Below, piece after piece: positions 11,379 through 26,400 of a stretch of DNA of 64,000 nucleotides. How positions within the stretch are numbered: the stretch's first letter is position 1; the number at the start of each line of letters is the position of its first letter. The notes beneath the pieces are model-generated. The model had not been told where the DNA came from, ran no database searches, and saw only the letters and a list, made by a program, of their open reading frames with translations. Source of the DNA: Haplodiscus bocki. Lineage: Eukaryota. Location of the stretch: NCBI GenBank assembly GCA_965655095.1, contig OZ296649.1, positions 148,862,001-148,926,000 of the forward strand. The letters are read 5' to 3'. Both the position numbers and the translations under genes were made by a program.

Positions 11379-14300
11379 ATTTTACCCGACATATTGTATT
11401 TGTAGAACCGTCTGGAATCCATGATTTATATTGTGATTGAGGGCTGTAGACCCATACACCATAAAAATCTTGATCCAATGGGGTGGCTTGCATGGAACTT
11501 TGAATACGAATGAGATAATTTTGCTGTCATAAATCAGTTAAGAAAACAATAGTTTGAGGAGATTCCATGGTTCGGTTAGATCGTGGACCGGAAAGTTCAA
11601 AGAGAAAGCTGATATGACTCTGACAGCCAGTCTTAGTAACAGCATGATACCTAACCAGTGTGCTCGGATAGTAACTTTGTCGATCATGTTATTGGTTAGT
11701 CTTAGTATTGTAGACATAAATTTTGTTGTTTTTGTACATGAGAGGGAACATTGGTAAGCTAAGACAGTAGTTGCTTTAGCTCTGATAAACAAATCAACAC
11801 GTGGTTTATTGTAGGCAACGTCATGTGGATTTGTACTACAATCATCAATTCGATTAAGGTTAAACCGGCGTACGTTAAGACGTTCTCGAAAAGAATAATG
11901 ATTTGCGAATAGGTCGTTAATTTGGTCTTGATTGACAGTGTGAGTTTGATCTTCAAGAGGTTCGCCGTCCAGGAGAGTAAACTGGAGAGCTAAGAAGAGC
12001 TGGAGTATGATAATCTGAAAAATGGATTACAAAAGGTAGCAGTTCCACGAGGAGTACAAGTAGATGGATCAAAAATAAATTTTAGGCTTGAACAAACAAA
12101 CGAGGCAGGTGAGGTTCTATAGGATATATCTGGGCAGAAAAGTGGAAAGGGACAAACATATAATATTTTAAATGAAACGCGTATGCAGAACTGAATTTCT
12201 AAATTGGGTTTATAAAGGATGGCAATTTCCTTAGTCTTTTTCGCGGGACTAAGACTTAAAGAGCGATTTATATTAACAATGCCATCGGAATCAAGAGTGT
12301 TATCAAGATAAAACCCAGTAGAAAGAAAATTAAAGGACTGTGCGTATTGATGGATATTTCAAAAGTTCTGGAGAGAGGGAGGTAACTCATGTGATGAATT
12401 TAAACTGGAACATTGAATGTGACGTTCGACACAAGTAGTCTTCTCCAAAGATGTATGCTCAAGAGATGTAGGGCTAATTAAATTACGGATCGGACGAGGA
12501 GAAAGGTCAGTAGTTGATAAAAATGCAATATTTAAATTACGAGACGGGTTAGTATTGGATGTAGAAGGTGAACGAGAGGTAAGTGGTGTATTAGATTGGC
12601 GAGGAGAGGAATCAACATAGTTTGTGAGTTTGTTAGTTGTGTTAAATTACTTGGAGACATTACAATTATAGTTCCTCTGATAAGGGAAAAAACACGAAGA
12701 AATTGAGTACTTCCAGTAATAATGAAATCTTCGTCAGATAAAGTTATGACATCATAAGAAAGGATTATGGTATCGTTAAATTCGTTTCCTGGGAGAATAT
12801 CGGGGGGTGGTCTGCTTGTTAAAAAAACTCTGGTTATGATATAGAGAAGCAATTCTTGAAAAGATTAAAAAAAACTACCTACGTGAGATGAAACGTGAAG
12901 GTGAAGAAGAGGTTTGAATTTCGTTGTTTGAAGGCTGAAAAATCACAGGAGTTGAAAAATGCAGAGAGTGGTATCTATGAAAATTAAAGAGTCGGTTGAC
13001 TATTTTGTACTTTTCAGTAGAATACCGATATGGAAAGTGTTCAAAAATTAGAGAGACCGCTTACTTGAACGAAATCTAGTAACTTAGCAAAGAAGAAATG
13101 ATCGGTTGAAGAGATGCATCTTGATGATTTTGTTAATTTTCATATAACTGTGAGATACAATCTTTAAATGTTAAGAAGCAGGAAGAGATATTTTTGTTGT
13201 TCGTCAAGTATCAACAAGAGATATTTTGTTGTTTGTTAAAAAGCAGCAAGAGAGCTTCTGTTATTTGTCAAGTAGTAGCAAGAGAGCTTTTGTTGATTTT
13301 AAGTACCAGCTGAATGAGTCGAAGGTAAGCGATGAATGAAGAGAAGAAATTTTTCAGCTAAACTATTTTGCAGTGGAAAAACTAATGAGTGGTTGAGGAC
13401 TTCGTATCATGGAATTTTGTTGGCTAGCAGCGAGTTTGACTTGGGAGGTAACTTAACGTTCTAGAAAGTTGCTTTGAATTCCGAAGCGTATATTGGTTAC
13501 AAAATGCCGAAGATCGAGTTCAAAGAGTATCTATCGAAAACAACAATATTCGTACCGGTGCAATCCCAACGCCTGGTTAGTAACTCCGTCAAAAAACGAT
13601 CTGATTGGTAGGCGAATTTCATAACAGAGATAAATGTAGGTTCTAAGAAACTGTTTGGATTTTTGAATAGTTTATTAGTCTTTCGAAATCTCGGAAAACC
13701 AAGTCAAAACATCTACAAAAAAGAAAGTTTATTTTGCTTTGATATGCGGTGTAGTTATGAACAGACAAAGAGATTATTTGGAAAGATAACAATTTTGAAA
13801 AACAGAGGCTGTCTAAACTCATTTGAGCTATTTTTATCCCGAGTGAAAATAATTTTTAGATGGAGGTATATGGGTCCGGTAGTCTTTGACAGGTCGTCGA
13901 AGACGGCGGGTTGTTCGGGATTGAGATTATACGGAAGGTTGGGAAGATGTTGCGCCTAGTGGAGGCGCTGTTGGTGTTATGGTATCAGTTTGAATTGTAT
14001 TTGCTTGATCATTCAGCGTAGTAGGCGGTTGTTGAGAATTATCAAAGATTAATGGAGACGAAGTGTCGTCATCAGTGGAATTTATCGAGGTTTGGTGCCT
14101 GTCAGTCAAAAAGAAATCTGGTGTAGTCTCGTTGCCAGAATCTTCTAGCGAATCGCAAGGTAACCGCTCGAGTGCACATATTTCAACGGCCGTGTTAAAG
14201 GAGGATATGGTTATATGTGGCTTGAAAAAAAACCGTTTTATATTGTTGAAAAAGTTTTTCTAAATGGGGGACAACGGGATAAAATGGGATCAAATGGTTT

Positions 14301-17300
14301 CGGTGTTTGAACAAAACATTTCCTTGATGTGACAGTAACTGATATTTCACATTTTACCCAACGCATTGTATTTGTAGAACCGTCTGAAATCCATGACTTT
14401 TATTGTGATTGAGGGCTGTAGACCCATACACCATAAAAATCTTGATCCAATGGGGTGGCTTGCATGGAACTTTGAATACGAATGAGATAATTTTGCGGTC
14501 CTAAATCAGTTAAGAAAACAATAGTTTGAGGAGATTCCATGGTTCGGTTAGATCGTGGACCGGAAAGTTCCAGGAGAAAGCTGACATGACTCTGACAGCC
14601 ATTCTTAGTAACAGCATGATACCTAACCAGTGTGCTCGGATAGTAACTTTGTCGATCATGTTATTGGTTAGTCTTAGTATTGTAGACATATATTTTAGTT
14701 GTTTTTGTATATGAGAGGGAACATTGGTAAGCTAAGACAGTAGTTGCCTTAGCTCTGATAAACAAATCAACACGTGGTTTATTGTAGGCAACGTCATGTG
14801 GATTTGTACTACAATCATCAAGTCGATTAGGGTGAAACCGGCGTACGTTAAGACGTGCTCGACAAAAATATTTAATTGCCAATATGTTGTTAATTTGGTC
14901 TTGATTGACAGTGTGAGTTTGATCTTCAAGAGGTTCGCCGTTCAGGAGAGGAAACTGGAGAGCTAAGGAGAGCTGGAGTATGATGGTCTTGAAAAAGGAT
15001 TAAAAAAGGTAGCAGTTCCACGAGGAGTGCAAGTAGATGGATCAAAATTAAATTTTAGGCTTGCACAAACAAACGAGGCAGGTGAGGTTCTATAGCTTAT
15101 ATCTGAGCAGAAAAGTGGAAAGGGACGAACATATAATCTTTTAAAACAAACGCGTATGGAGAACTGAATTTCCAAATTGGGTTTATAAAGGATGGCAATT
15201 TCCTTAGTCTTTTTTGCGGGACTAATACTTAAAGAGCGATTTATATTAACAATGCCATCGGATTCCAGAGTGTTATCAAGATAAAATCCAGTACAAAGAC
15301 AATTAAAGGACTGTGCGTTTCGATGGGTATTTCAAAAGTTCTGGAGAGAGGGAGGTAATTCATGTGATGAATTTAAACTGAAACATTGACTGTGACGTTC
15401 GATACAAGTAGTCGTATCCAAAGATGTATGCCCAAGAGATGTAGGAATAATTAAATTATGGATTGGACGAGGAGAAAGGTCAGTAGTTGACAATAATGCA
15501 ATAATTAATTTACGAGACGGGTTAGTAATGGGTGTAGAAGGTGAACGAGAGGTAAGTGGTGTATTAGATTGGCGAGGAATGAACATAGTTTGTGAGTTTG
15601 TTAGTTGTGTTAAATTACTTGGAGACATTACAATTATAGTTCCTCTGATAAGGGAAGAAGTACGAAAAAATTTAGTACTTCCAGTAATATTGAAATCATC
15701 GTCAGATAAAGTTATGGCATCATAAGAAAGGATTATGGTATCGTTAAATTCTTTTCCTGGGAGAATATCGGGGAGTGGTCTATTTGGTAAAATATTCTGG
15801 TTAAGATATGGTGAAGCAATTTTTGAAAAGAATAAAAAAGTACCTTTGTGAGATGAAACGTGAAGAAGAGGTTTGAATTTCGTTGTTTGAAGGCTGAAAG
15901 ATCAGAGGAGTTGAAAATTGGAGAGAGTGGTATCTATGAAATTTAACTATTTTGTATTTTTTAGTAAAATACCGATATGGTAAGTGTTCAAAAACTAGAG
16001 TGACCACTTTTTTGAAGGAAATCTAGTAGCTTAGCAAAGAAGAAATGAACGATTGAAGAGATTCATCTTGATGAGTTTGTTAATTTTCAAATAACTGTGA
16101 GATACAATCTTTAAATGTTAAGAAGCAGCAAGAGAGATTTTTGTTGTTCGTCAAGTATCAACAAGAGATATTTTGTTGTTTGTTAAATAGCAGCAAGAGA
16201 GCTTCTGTTATTTGTCAAGTAGTAGCAAGAGAGCTTTTGTTGATTTCATGTGCCAGCTGAATGAGTCGAAGATAAGCGATGAACGAAGAGAAGAAATTAT
16301 TCAGCTAAACTACTTTGCAGTGAAAAACTAATGAGTGGTTGAAGACTTCGTATCATGGAATTTTGTTGGCTAGCAGCGAGTTTGACTTGCGAGGTAACTT
16401 AACGTTCTAGAAAGTTGTTTTGAGTTCCGAAGCGTATATCGATTATAAAATGTCGATGATCGAGTTCAAAGAGTATCTATCGAAATCAACAATACTCGTA
16501 CCGGTGCAATCCCAACGCTCGGTTAGTAACTCCGTCAAAAAACGATCTGATTGGTAGGCGAATTTCATAAGAGAGATAAATGTAGGTTCTAAGAAACTGT
16601 TTGGGTTTTTGAATAGTTTATTAGTCTTTCAAAATCTCGGAAAACGAAGTCAAAACATCTAAAAAAAATGAAAGTTTATTTTGCTTTGATATGCGGTGTA
16701 GTTATGAACAGACAAAGAGATTATTTGCAAAGATAACAATTTTGAAAAACAGAGGCTTTCTAAACTGATTTGAGCTATTTTTATCCCGAGTGAAAATAAA
16801 ATTTAGATGGAGGTATATGGGTGCTGTAGTCTTTGACAGGTTGTCGTCGAAGACGGCGGGTTGTTCGGGATTGATAATATCCGGAAGTTTGGGAAGATGT
16901 TGCGCCTAGTGGAGGCGCTGTTGGTGTTTTGGTATCAGTTTGATTGGTATTTGCTTGATCAATCAGCATAGTAGGCGGTTGTTGAGAATTATCAAAGATT
17001 AATGGAGACGAAGTGTCGTCATCAGTGGAATTTATCGAGGTTTGGTGCCTGTCAGTCAAAAAGAAATCTGGTGTAGTCTCGTTGCCAGAATCTTCTAGCG
17101 AATCGCAAAGTAATCGCTCGCGTGCATATATTTCGCCGGCTAGGTTAAACGAGGATATGGTTATATGTGGCTTGAAAAAAAACCGTTTTATATTGTTGAA
17201 AAAGTTATTCTAAATGAGGGACAACGGGATAAAATGGGATCAAATGGTTTCGGTGTGCGAACAAAATATTTCCTTGATGTGACAGTAACTGATATTTCAC

Positions 17301-17459
17301 ATTTTACCCGACGCATTGTATTTGTAGAACCGTCTGGAATCCATGATTTATATTGTGATTGAGGGCTGTAGACCCATACACCATAAAAATCTTGATCCAA
17401 TGGGGTGGCTTGCATGGAACTTTGAATACGAATGAGATAATTTTGCTGTCCTAAATCAG

Positions 17460-17475
17460 TTAACCGGCCGGTTAA
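17460..17475. repeat. Perfect 16-bp palindrome TTAACCGGCCGGTTAA (also at 20414-20429 and 23366-23381)
   Basis: Read directly from the sequence. It replaces TTAAGAAAACAA found in most other units. Confidence 0.95.
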
Positions 17476-20400
17476 TAGTTTGAGGAGATTCCATGGTTCG
17501 GTTAGATCGTGGACCGGAAAGTTCCAGGAGAAAGCTGACATGACTCTGACAGCCATTCTTAGTAACAGCATGATACCTAACCAGTGTGCTCGGATAGTAA
17601 CTTTGTCGATCATGTTATTGGTTAGTCTTAGTATTGTAGACATATATTTTAGTTGTTTTTGTATATGAGAGGGAACATTGGTAAGCTAAGACAGTAGTTG
17701 CCTTAGCTCTCATAAACAAATCACCACGTGGTTTATTGCAGGCAACGTCATGTGGATTTGTACTACAATCATCAAGTCGATTAAGGTTAAACCGGCGTAC
17801 GTTAAGACGTTCTCGACAATAATAATGAATTGCCAATATGTTGTTAATTTGCTCTTGATTGACAGTGTGAGTTTGATCTGCAAGAGGTTCGCCGTTCAGG
17901 AGAGGAAACTGGAGAGCTAAGGAGAGCTGGAGTATGATGGTCTTGAAAAAGGATTAAAAAAGGTAGCAGTTCCACGAGGAGTGCAAGTAGATGGATCAAA
18001 ATTAAATTTTAGGCTTGCACAAACAAACGAGGCAGGTGAGGTTCTATAGCTTATATCTGAGCAGAAAAGTGGAAAGGGACGAACATATAATCTTTTAAAA
18101 CAAACGCGTATGGAGAACTGAATTTCCAAATTGGGTTTATAAAGGATGGCAATTTCCTTAGTCTTTTTTGCGGGACTAATACTTAAAGAGCGATTTATAT
18201 TAACAATGCCATCGGATTCCAGAGTGTTATCAAGATAAAATCCAGTACAAAGACAATTAAAGGACTGTGCGTTTCGATGGGTATTTCAAAAGTTCTGGAG
18301 AGAGGGAGGTAATTCATGTGATGAATTTAAACTGAAACATTGACTGTGACGTTCGATACAAGTAGTCGTATCCAAAGATGTATGCCCAAGAGATGTAGGA
18401 ATAATTAAATTATGGATTGGACGAGGAGAAAGGTCAGTAGTTGACAATAATGCAATAATTAATTTACGAGACGGGTTAGTAATGGGTGTAGAAGGTGAAC
18501 GAGAGGTAAGTGGTGTATTAGATTGGCGAGGAATGAACATAGTTTGTGAGTTTGTTAGTTGTGTTAAATTACTTGGAGACATTACAATTATAGTTCCTCT
18601 GATAAGGGAAGAAGTACGAAAAAATTTAGTACTTCCAGTAATATTGAAATCATCGTCAGATAAAGTTATGGCATCATAAGAAAGGATTATGGTATCGTTA
18701 AATTCTTTTCCTGGGAGAATATCGGGGAGTGGTCTATTTGGTAAAATATTCTGGTTAAGATATGGTGAAGCAATTTTTGAAAAGAATAAAAAAGTACCTT
18801 TGTGAGATGAAACGTGAAGAAGAGGTTTGAATTTCGTTGTTTGAAGGCTGAAAGATCAGAGGAGTTGAAAATTGGAGAGAGTGGTATCTATGAAATTTCA
18901 CTATTTTGTATTTTTTAGTAAAATACCGATATGGTAAGTGTTCAAAAACTAGAGTGACCACTTTTTTGAAGGAAATCTAGTAGCTTAGCAAAGAAGAAAT
19001 GAACGATTGAAGAGATTCATCTTGATGAGTTTGTTAATTTTCAAATAACTGTGAGATACAATCTTTAAATGTTAAGAAGCAGCAAGAGAGATTTTTGTTG
19101 TTCGTCAAGTATCAACAAGAGATATTTTGTTGTTTGTTAAATAGCAGCAAGAGAGCTTCTGTTATTTGTCAAGTAGTAGCAAGAGAGCTTTTGTTGATTT
19201 CATGTGCCAGCTGAATGAGTCGAAGATAAGCGATGAACGAAGAGAAGAAATTATTCAGCTAAACTACTTTGCAGTGAAAAACTAATGAGTGGTTGAAGAC
19301 TTCGTATCATGGAATTTTGTTGGCTAGCAGCGAGTTTGACTTGCGAGGTAACTTAACGTTCTAGAAAGTTGTTTTGAGTTCCGAAGCGTATATCGATTAT
19401 AAAATGTCGATGATCGAGTTCAAAGAGTATCTATCGAAATCAACAATACTCGTACCGGTGCAATCCCAACGCTCGGTTAGTAACTCCGTCAAAAAACGAT
19501 CTGATTGGTAGGCGAATTTCATAAGAGAGATAAATGTAGGTTCTAAGAAACTGTTTGGGTTTTTGAATAGTTTATTAGTCTTTCAAAATCTCGGAAAACG
19601 AAGTCAAAACATCTAAAAAAAATGAAAGTTTATTTTGCTTTGATATGCGGTGTAGTTATGAACAGACAAAGAGATTATTTGCAAAGATAACAATTTTGAA
19701 AAACAGAGGCTTTCTAAACTGATTTGAGCTATTTTTATCCCGAGTGAAAATAAAATTTAGATGGAGGTATATGGGTGCTGTAGTCTTTGACAGGTTGTCG
19801 TCGAAGACGGCGGGTTGTTCGGGATTGATAATATCCGGAAGTTTGGGAAGATGTTGCGCCTAGTGGAGGCGCTGTTGGTGTTTTGGTATCAGTTTGATTG
19901 GTATTTGCTTGATCAATCAGCATAGTAGGCGGTTGTTGAGAATTATCAAAGATTAATGGAGACGAAGTGTCGTCATCAGTGGAATTTATCGAGGTTTGGT
20001 GCCTGTCAGTCAAAAAGAAATCTGGTGTAGTCTCGTTGCCAGAATCTTCTAGCGAATCGCAAAGTAATCGCTCGCGTGCATATATTTCGCCGGCTAGGTT
20101 AAACGAGGATATGGTTATATGTGGCTTGAAAAAAAACCGTTTTATATTGTTGAAAAAGTTATTCTAAATGAGGGACAACGGGATAAAATGGGATCAAATG
20201 GTTTCGGTGTGCGAACAAAATATTTCCTTGATGTGACAGTAACTGATATTTCACATTTTACCCGACGCATTGTATTTGTAGAACCGTCTGGAATCCATGA
20301 TTTATATTGTGATTGAGGGCTGTAGACCCATACACCATAAAAATCTTGATCCAATGGGGTGGCTTGCATGGAACTTTGAATACGAATGAGATAATTTTGC

Positions 20401-23400
20401 TGTCCTAAATCAGTTAACCGGCCGGTTAATAGTTTGAGGAGATTCCATGGTTCGGTTAGATCGTGGACCGGAAAGTTCCAGGAGAAAGCTGACATGACTC
20501 TGACAGCCATTCTTAGTAACAGCATGATACCTAACCAGTGTGCTCGGATAGTAACTTTGTCGATCATGTTATTGGTTAGTCTTAGTATTGTAGACATATA
20601 TTTTAGTTGTTTTTGTATATGAGAGGGAACATTGGTAAGCTAAGACAGTAGTTGCCTTAGCTCTGATAAACAAATCAACACGTGGTTTATTGTAGGCAAC
20701 GTCATGTGGATTTGTACTACAATCATCAAGTCGATTAGGGTGAAACCGGCGTACGTTAAGACGTGCTCGACAAAAATATTTAATTGCCAATATGTTGTTA
20801 ATTTGGTCTTGATTGACAGTGTGAGTTTGATCTTCAAGAGGTTCGCCGTTCAGGAGAGGAAACTGGAGAGCTAAGGAGAGCTGGAGTATGATGGTCTTGA
20901 AAAAGGATTAAAAAAGGTAGCAGTTCCACGAGGAGTGCAAGTAGATGGATCAAAATTAAATTTTAGGCTTGCACAAACAAACGAGGCAGGTGAGGTTCTA
21001 TAGCTTATATCTGAGCAGAAAAGTGGAAAGGGACGAACATATAATCTTTTAAAACAAACGCGTATGGAGAACTGAATTTCCAAATTGGGTTTATAAAGGA
21101 TGGCAATTTCCTTAGTCTTTTTTGCGGGACTAATACTTAAAGAGCGATTTATATTAACAATGCCATCGGATTCCAGAGTGTTATCAAGATAAAATCCAGT
21201 ACAAAGACAATTAAAGGACTGTGCGTTTCGATGGGTATTTCAAAAGTTCTGGAGAGAGGGAGGTAATTCAAGTGATGAATTTAAACTGAAACATTGACTG
21301 TGACGTTCGATACAAGTAGTCGTATCCAAAGATGTATGCCCAAGAGATGTAGGAATAATTAAATTATGGATTGGACGAGGAGAAAGGTCAGTAGTTGACA
21401 ATAATGCAATAATTAATTTACGAGACGGGTTAGTAATGGGTGTAGAAGGTGAACGAGAGGTAAGTGGTGTATTAGATTGGCGAGGAATGAACATAGTTTG
21501 TGAGTTTGTTAGTTGTGTTAAATTACTTGGAGACATTACAATTATAGTTCCTCTGATAAGGGAAGAAGTACGAAAAAATTTAGTACTTCCAGTAATATTG
21601 AAATCATCGTCAGATAAAGTTATGGCATCATAAGAAAGGATTATGGTATCGTTAAATTCTTTTCCTGGGAGAATATCGGGGAGTGGTCTATTTGGTAAAA
21701 TATTCTGGTTAAGATACGGTGAAGCAATTTATGAAAAGAATAAAAAAGTACCTTTGTGAGATGAAACGTGAAGAAGAGGTTTGAATTTCGTTGTTTGAAG
21801 GCTGAAAGATCAGAGGAGTTGAAAATTGGAGAGTGGTATCTATGAAATTTAACTATTTTGTATTTTTTAGTAAAATACCGATATGGTAAGTGTTCAAAAA
21901 CTAGAGTGACCACTTTTTTGAAGGAAATCTAGTAGCTTAGCAAAGAAGAAATGAACGATTGAAGAGATTCATCTTGATGAGTTTGTTAATTTTCAAATAA
22001 CTGTGAGATACAATCTTTAAATGTTAAGAAGCAGCAAGAGAGATTTTTGTTGTTCGTCAAGTATCAACAAGAGATATTTTGTTGTTTGTTAAATAGCAGC
22101 AAGAGAGCTTCTGTTATTTGTCAAGTAGTAGCAAGAGAGCTTTTGTTGATTTCATGTGCCAGCTGAATGAGTCGAAGATAAGCGATGAACGAAGAGAAGA
22201 AATTATTCAGCTAAACTACTTTGCAGTGAAAAACTAATGAGTGGTTGAAGACTTCGTATCATGGAATTTTGTTGGCTAGCAGCGAGTTTGACTTGCGAGG
22301 TAACTTAACGTTCTAGAAAGTTGTTTTGAGTTCCGAAGTGTATATCGATTATAAAATGTCGATGATCGAGTTCAAAGAGTATCTATCGAAATCAACAATA
22401 CTCGTACCGGTGCAATCCCAACGCTCGGTTAGTAACTCCGTCAAAAAACGATCTGATTGGTAGGCGAATTTCATAAGAGAGATAAATGTAGGTTCTAAGA
22501 AACTGTTTGGGTTTTTGAATAGTTTATTAGTCTTTCAAAATCTCGGAAAACGAAGTCAAAACATCTAAAAAAAATGAAAGTTTATTTTGCTTTGATATGC
22601 GGTGTAGTTATGAACAGACAAAGAGATTATTTGCAAAGATAACAATTTTGAAAAACAGAGGCTTTCTAAACTGATTTGAGCTATTTTTATCCCGAGTGAA
22701 AATAAAATTTAGATGGAGGTATATGGGTGCTGTAGTCTTTGACAGGTTGTCGTCGAAGACGGCGGGTTGTTCGGGATTGATAATATCCGGAAGTTTGGGA
22801 AGATGTTGCGCCTAGTGGAGGCGCTGTTGGTGTTTTGGTATCAGTTTGATTGGTATTTGCTTGATCAATCAGCATAGTAGGCGGTTGTTGAGAATTATCA
22901 AAGATTAATGGAGACGAAGTGTCGTCATCAGTGGAATTTATCGAGGTTTGGTGCCTGTCAGTCAAAAAGAAATCTGGTGTAGTCTCGTTGCCAGAATCTT
23001 CTAGCGAATCGCAAAGTAATCGCTCGCGTGCATATATTTCGCCGGCTAGGTTAAACGAGGATATGGTTATATGTGGCTTGAAAAAAAACCGTTTTATATT
23101 GTTGAAAAAGTTATTCTAAATGGGGGACAACGGGATAAAATGGGATCAAATGGTTTCGGTGTGCGAACAAAATATTTCCTTGATGTGACAGTAACTGATA
23201 TTTCACATTTTACCCGACGCATTGTATTTGTAGAACCGTCTGGAATCCATGATTTATATTGTGATTGAGGGCTGTAGACCCATACACCATAAAAATCTTG
23301 ATCCAATGGGGTGGCTTGCATGGAACTTTGAATACGAATGAGATAATTTTGCTGTCCTAAATCAGTTAACCGGCCGGTTAATAGTTTGAGGAGATTCCAT

Positions 23401-26400
23401 GGTTCGGTTAGATCGTGGACCGGAAAGTTCCAGGAGAAAGCTGACATGACTCTGACAGCCATTCTTAGTAACAGCATGATACCTAACCAGTGTGCTCGGA
23501 TAGTAACTTTGTCGATCATGTTATTGGTTAGTCTTAGTATTGTAGACATATATTTTAGTTGTTTTTGTATATGAGAGGGAACATTGGTAAGCTAAGACAG
23601 TAGTTGCCTTAGCTCTGATAAACAAATCAACACGTGGTTTATTGTAGGCAACGTCATGTGGATTTGTACTACAATCATCAAGTCGATTAGGGTTAAACCG
23701 GCGTACGTTAAGACGTGCTCGACAAAAATATTTAATTGCCAATATGTTGTTAATTTGGTCTTGATTGACAGTGTGAGTTTGATCTTCAAGAGGTTCGCCG
23801 TTCAGGAGAGGAAACTGGAGAGCTAAGGAGAGCGGGAGTATGATGGTCTTGAAAAAGGATTTAAAAAGGTAGCAGTTCCACGAGGAGTGCAAGTAGATGG
23901 ATCAAAATTAAATTTTAGGCTTGCACAAACAAACGAGGCAGGTGAGGTTCTATAGCTTATATCTGAGCAGAAAAGTGGAAAGGGACGAACAAATAATCTT
24001 TTAAAACAAACGCGTATGGAGAACTGAATTTCCAATTTGGGTTTATAAAGGATGGCAATTTCCTTAGTCTTTTTTGCGGGACTAATACTTAAAGAGCGAT
24101 TTATATTAACAATGCCATCGGATTCCAGAGTGTTATCAAGATAAAATCCAGTACAAAGACAATTAAAGGACTGTGCGTTTTGATGGGTATTTCAAAAGTT
24201 CTGGAGAGAGGGAGGTAATTCATGTGATGAATTTAAACTGAAACATTGACTGTGACGTTCGATACAAGTAGTCGTATCCAAAGATGTATGCCCAAGAGAT
24301 GTAGGAATAATTAAATTATGGATTGGACGAGGAGAAAGGTCAGTAGTTGACAATAATGCAATAATTAATTTACGAAACGGGTTAGTAATGGGTGTAGAAG
24401 GTGAACGAGAGGTAAGTGGTGTATTAGATTGGCGAGGAATGAACATAGTTTGTGAGTTTGTTAGTTGTGTTAAATTACTTGGAGACATTACAATTATAGT
24501 TCCTCTGATAAGGGAAGAAGTACGAAAAAATTTAGTACTTCCAGTAATATTGAAATCATCGTCAGATAAAGTTATGGCATCATAAGAAAGGATTATGGTA
24601 TCGTTAAATTCTTTTCCTGGGAGAATATCGGGGAGTGGTCTATTTGGTAAAATATTCTGGTTAAGATATGGTGAAGCAATTTTTGAAAAGAATAAAAAAG
24701 TACCTTTGTGAGATGAAACGTGAAGAAGAGGTTTGAATTTCGTTGTTTGAAGGCTGAAAGATCAGAGGAGTTGAAAATTGGAGAGAGTGGTATCTATGAA
24801 ATTTAACTATTTTGTATTTTTTAGTAAAATACCGATATGGTAAGTGTTCAAAAACTAGAGTGACCACTTTTTTGAAGGAAATCTAGTAGCTTAGCAAAGA
24901 AGAAATGAACGATTGAAGAGATTCATCTTGATGAGTTTGTTAATTTTCAAATAACTGTGAGATACAAGCTTTAAATGTTAAGAAGCAGCAAGAGAGATTT
25001 TTGTTGTTCGTCAAGTATCAACAAGAGATATTTTGTTGTTTGTTAAATAGCAGCAAGAGAGCTTCTGTTGTTTGTCAAGTAGTAGCAAGAGAGCTTTTGT
25101 TGATTTTAAGTACCAGCTGAATGAGTCGAAGATCAGCGATGAACGAAGAGAAGAAATTATTCAGCTAAACTAATTTGCAGTTGAAAATCTAATCATTGAT
25201 TCATGACTTCTTATCATGGAAATTTGTTGGCTAGCAGCGAGTTTGACTTGCGAGGTAACTTAACGTTCTAGAAAGTTGTTTTGAGTTCCGAAGCGTATAT
25301 CGATTATAAAATGTCGAGGATCGAGTTCAAAGAGTATCTAACGAAATCAACAATATTCGTAACGGTGCAAACCCAACGCTCGGTTGATAACTTCGTCAAA
25401 AAACGATTCGATAGGTAGGCGAGTTTCATAAGAGAGATAAATGTAGGTTCTAAGAAACTGTTTGGATTTTTAAATAGTTTATTAGTCTTTCAAAATGTCG
25501 GAGAATTAAGTCAAAACATCTACAAAACTGAAAGTTTAATTTGTTTTGATAGGCGGTGTAGTTATGAACAGATAAAGGGATTATTTGGAAGGATAATAAT
25601 TTTGAAAAAAAGAGGCTGTCTAAACTGATTTGAGCTATTTTTATCCCCAGTGAAAATAATATTTAGATGGAGGTGTATGGGCGCGGTAGTCTTTGACAGG
25701 TTGTCGTCGAAGACGGCGGGTTGTTCGGGATTGATAAAATCCGGAAGTTTGGGAAGATGTTGCGCCTAGTGGAGGCACTGTTGGTGTTTTGGTATCAGTT
25801 CGATTGGTATTTGCTTGATTATTCAGCGTAGTAGGCGGTTTTTGAGAATTATCAAAGATTAATGGAGACGAAGTGTCGTCATCAGTGGAATTTGTCGAGG
25901 TTTGGTGCCTGTCAGTCAAAAAGAAATCTGGTGTAGTCTCGTTGCCAGAATCTTCTAGCGAATCGCAAGGTAATCGCTCGGGTGCATATATTTCGCCGGC
26001 TGGGTTAAACGAGGATATGGTTATATGTGGCTTAAAAGAAACCGTTTTATATTGTTGGAAAAGTTATTCTAAATGGGGGACAACGGGATAAAATGGGATC
26101 AAATGGTTTCGGTGTGCGAACAAAACATTTCCTTGATGTGACAGTAACTGATATTTCACATTTTACTCGACGCATTGTATTTGTAGAACCATCTGGAATC
26201 CATGATTATTAATGTGATTGAGGGCTGTAGTCCCATACACCATAAAAATCTTGATCCAATGGGGTCGCTTGCATGGAACTTTGAATACGAATGAGATAAT
26301 CTTGCTGTCCTGAATCAGTTAAGAAAACAAGAGTTTGAGGAGATTCCATGGTTCGGTTAGACCCTGGACCGGAAAGTTCCAAGAGAAAGCTGACATGACT

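Noticed and set aside
17460-17475. piggyBac insertion or footprint (TTAA...TTAA)
   Set aside because: Only 8 bp lie between the TTAAs, adjacent bases are lost, and piggyBac normally excises precisely.
17188-23549. 151-aa ORFs in U6-U8 as a novel gene
   Set aside because: They are chimeras of two frames created by the +4 palindrome indel, and they run through the unit junction.
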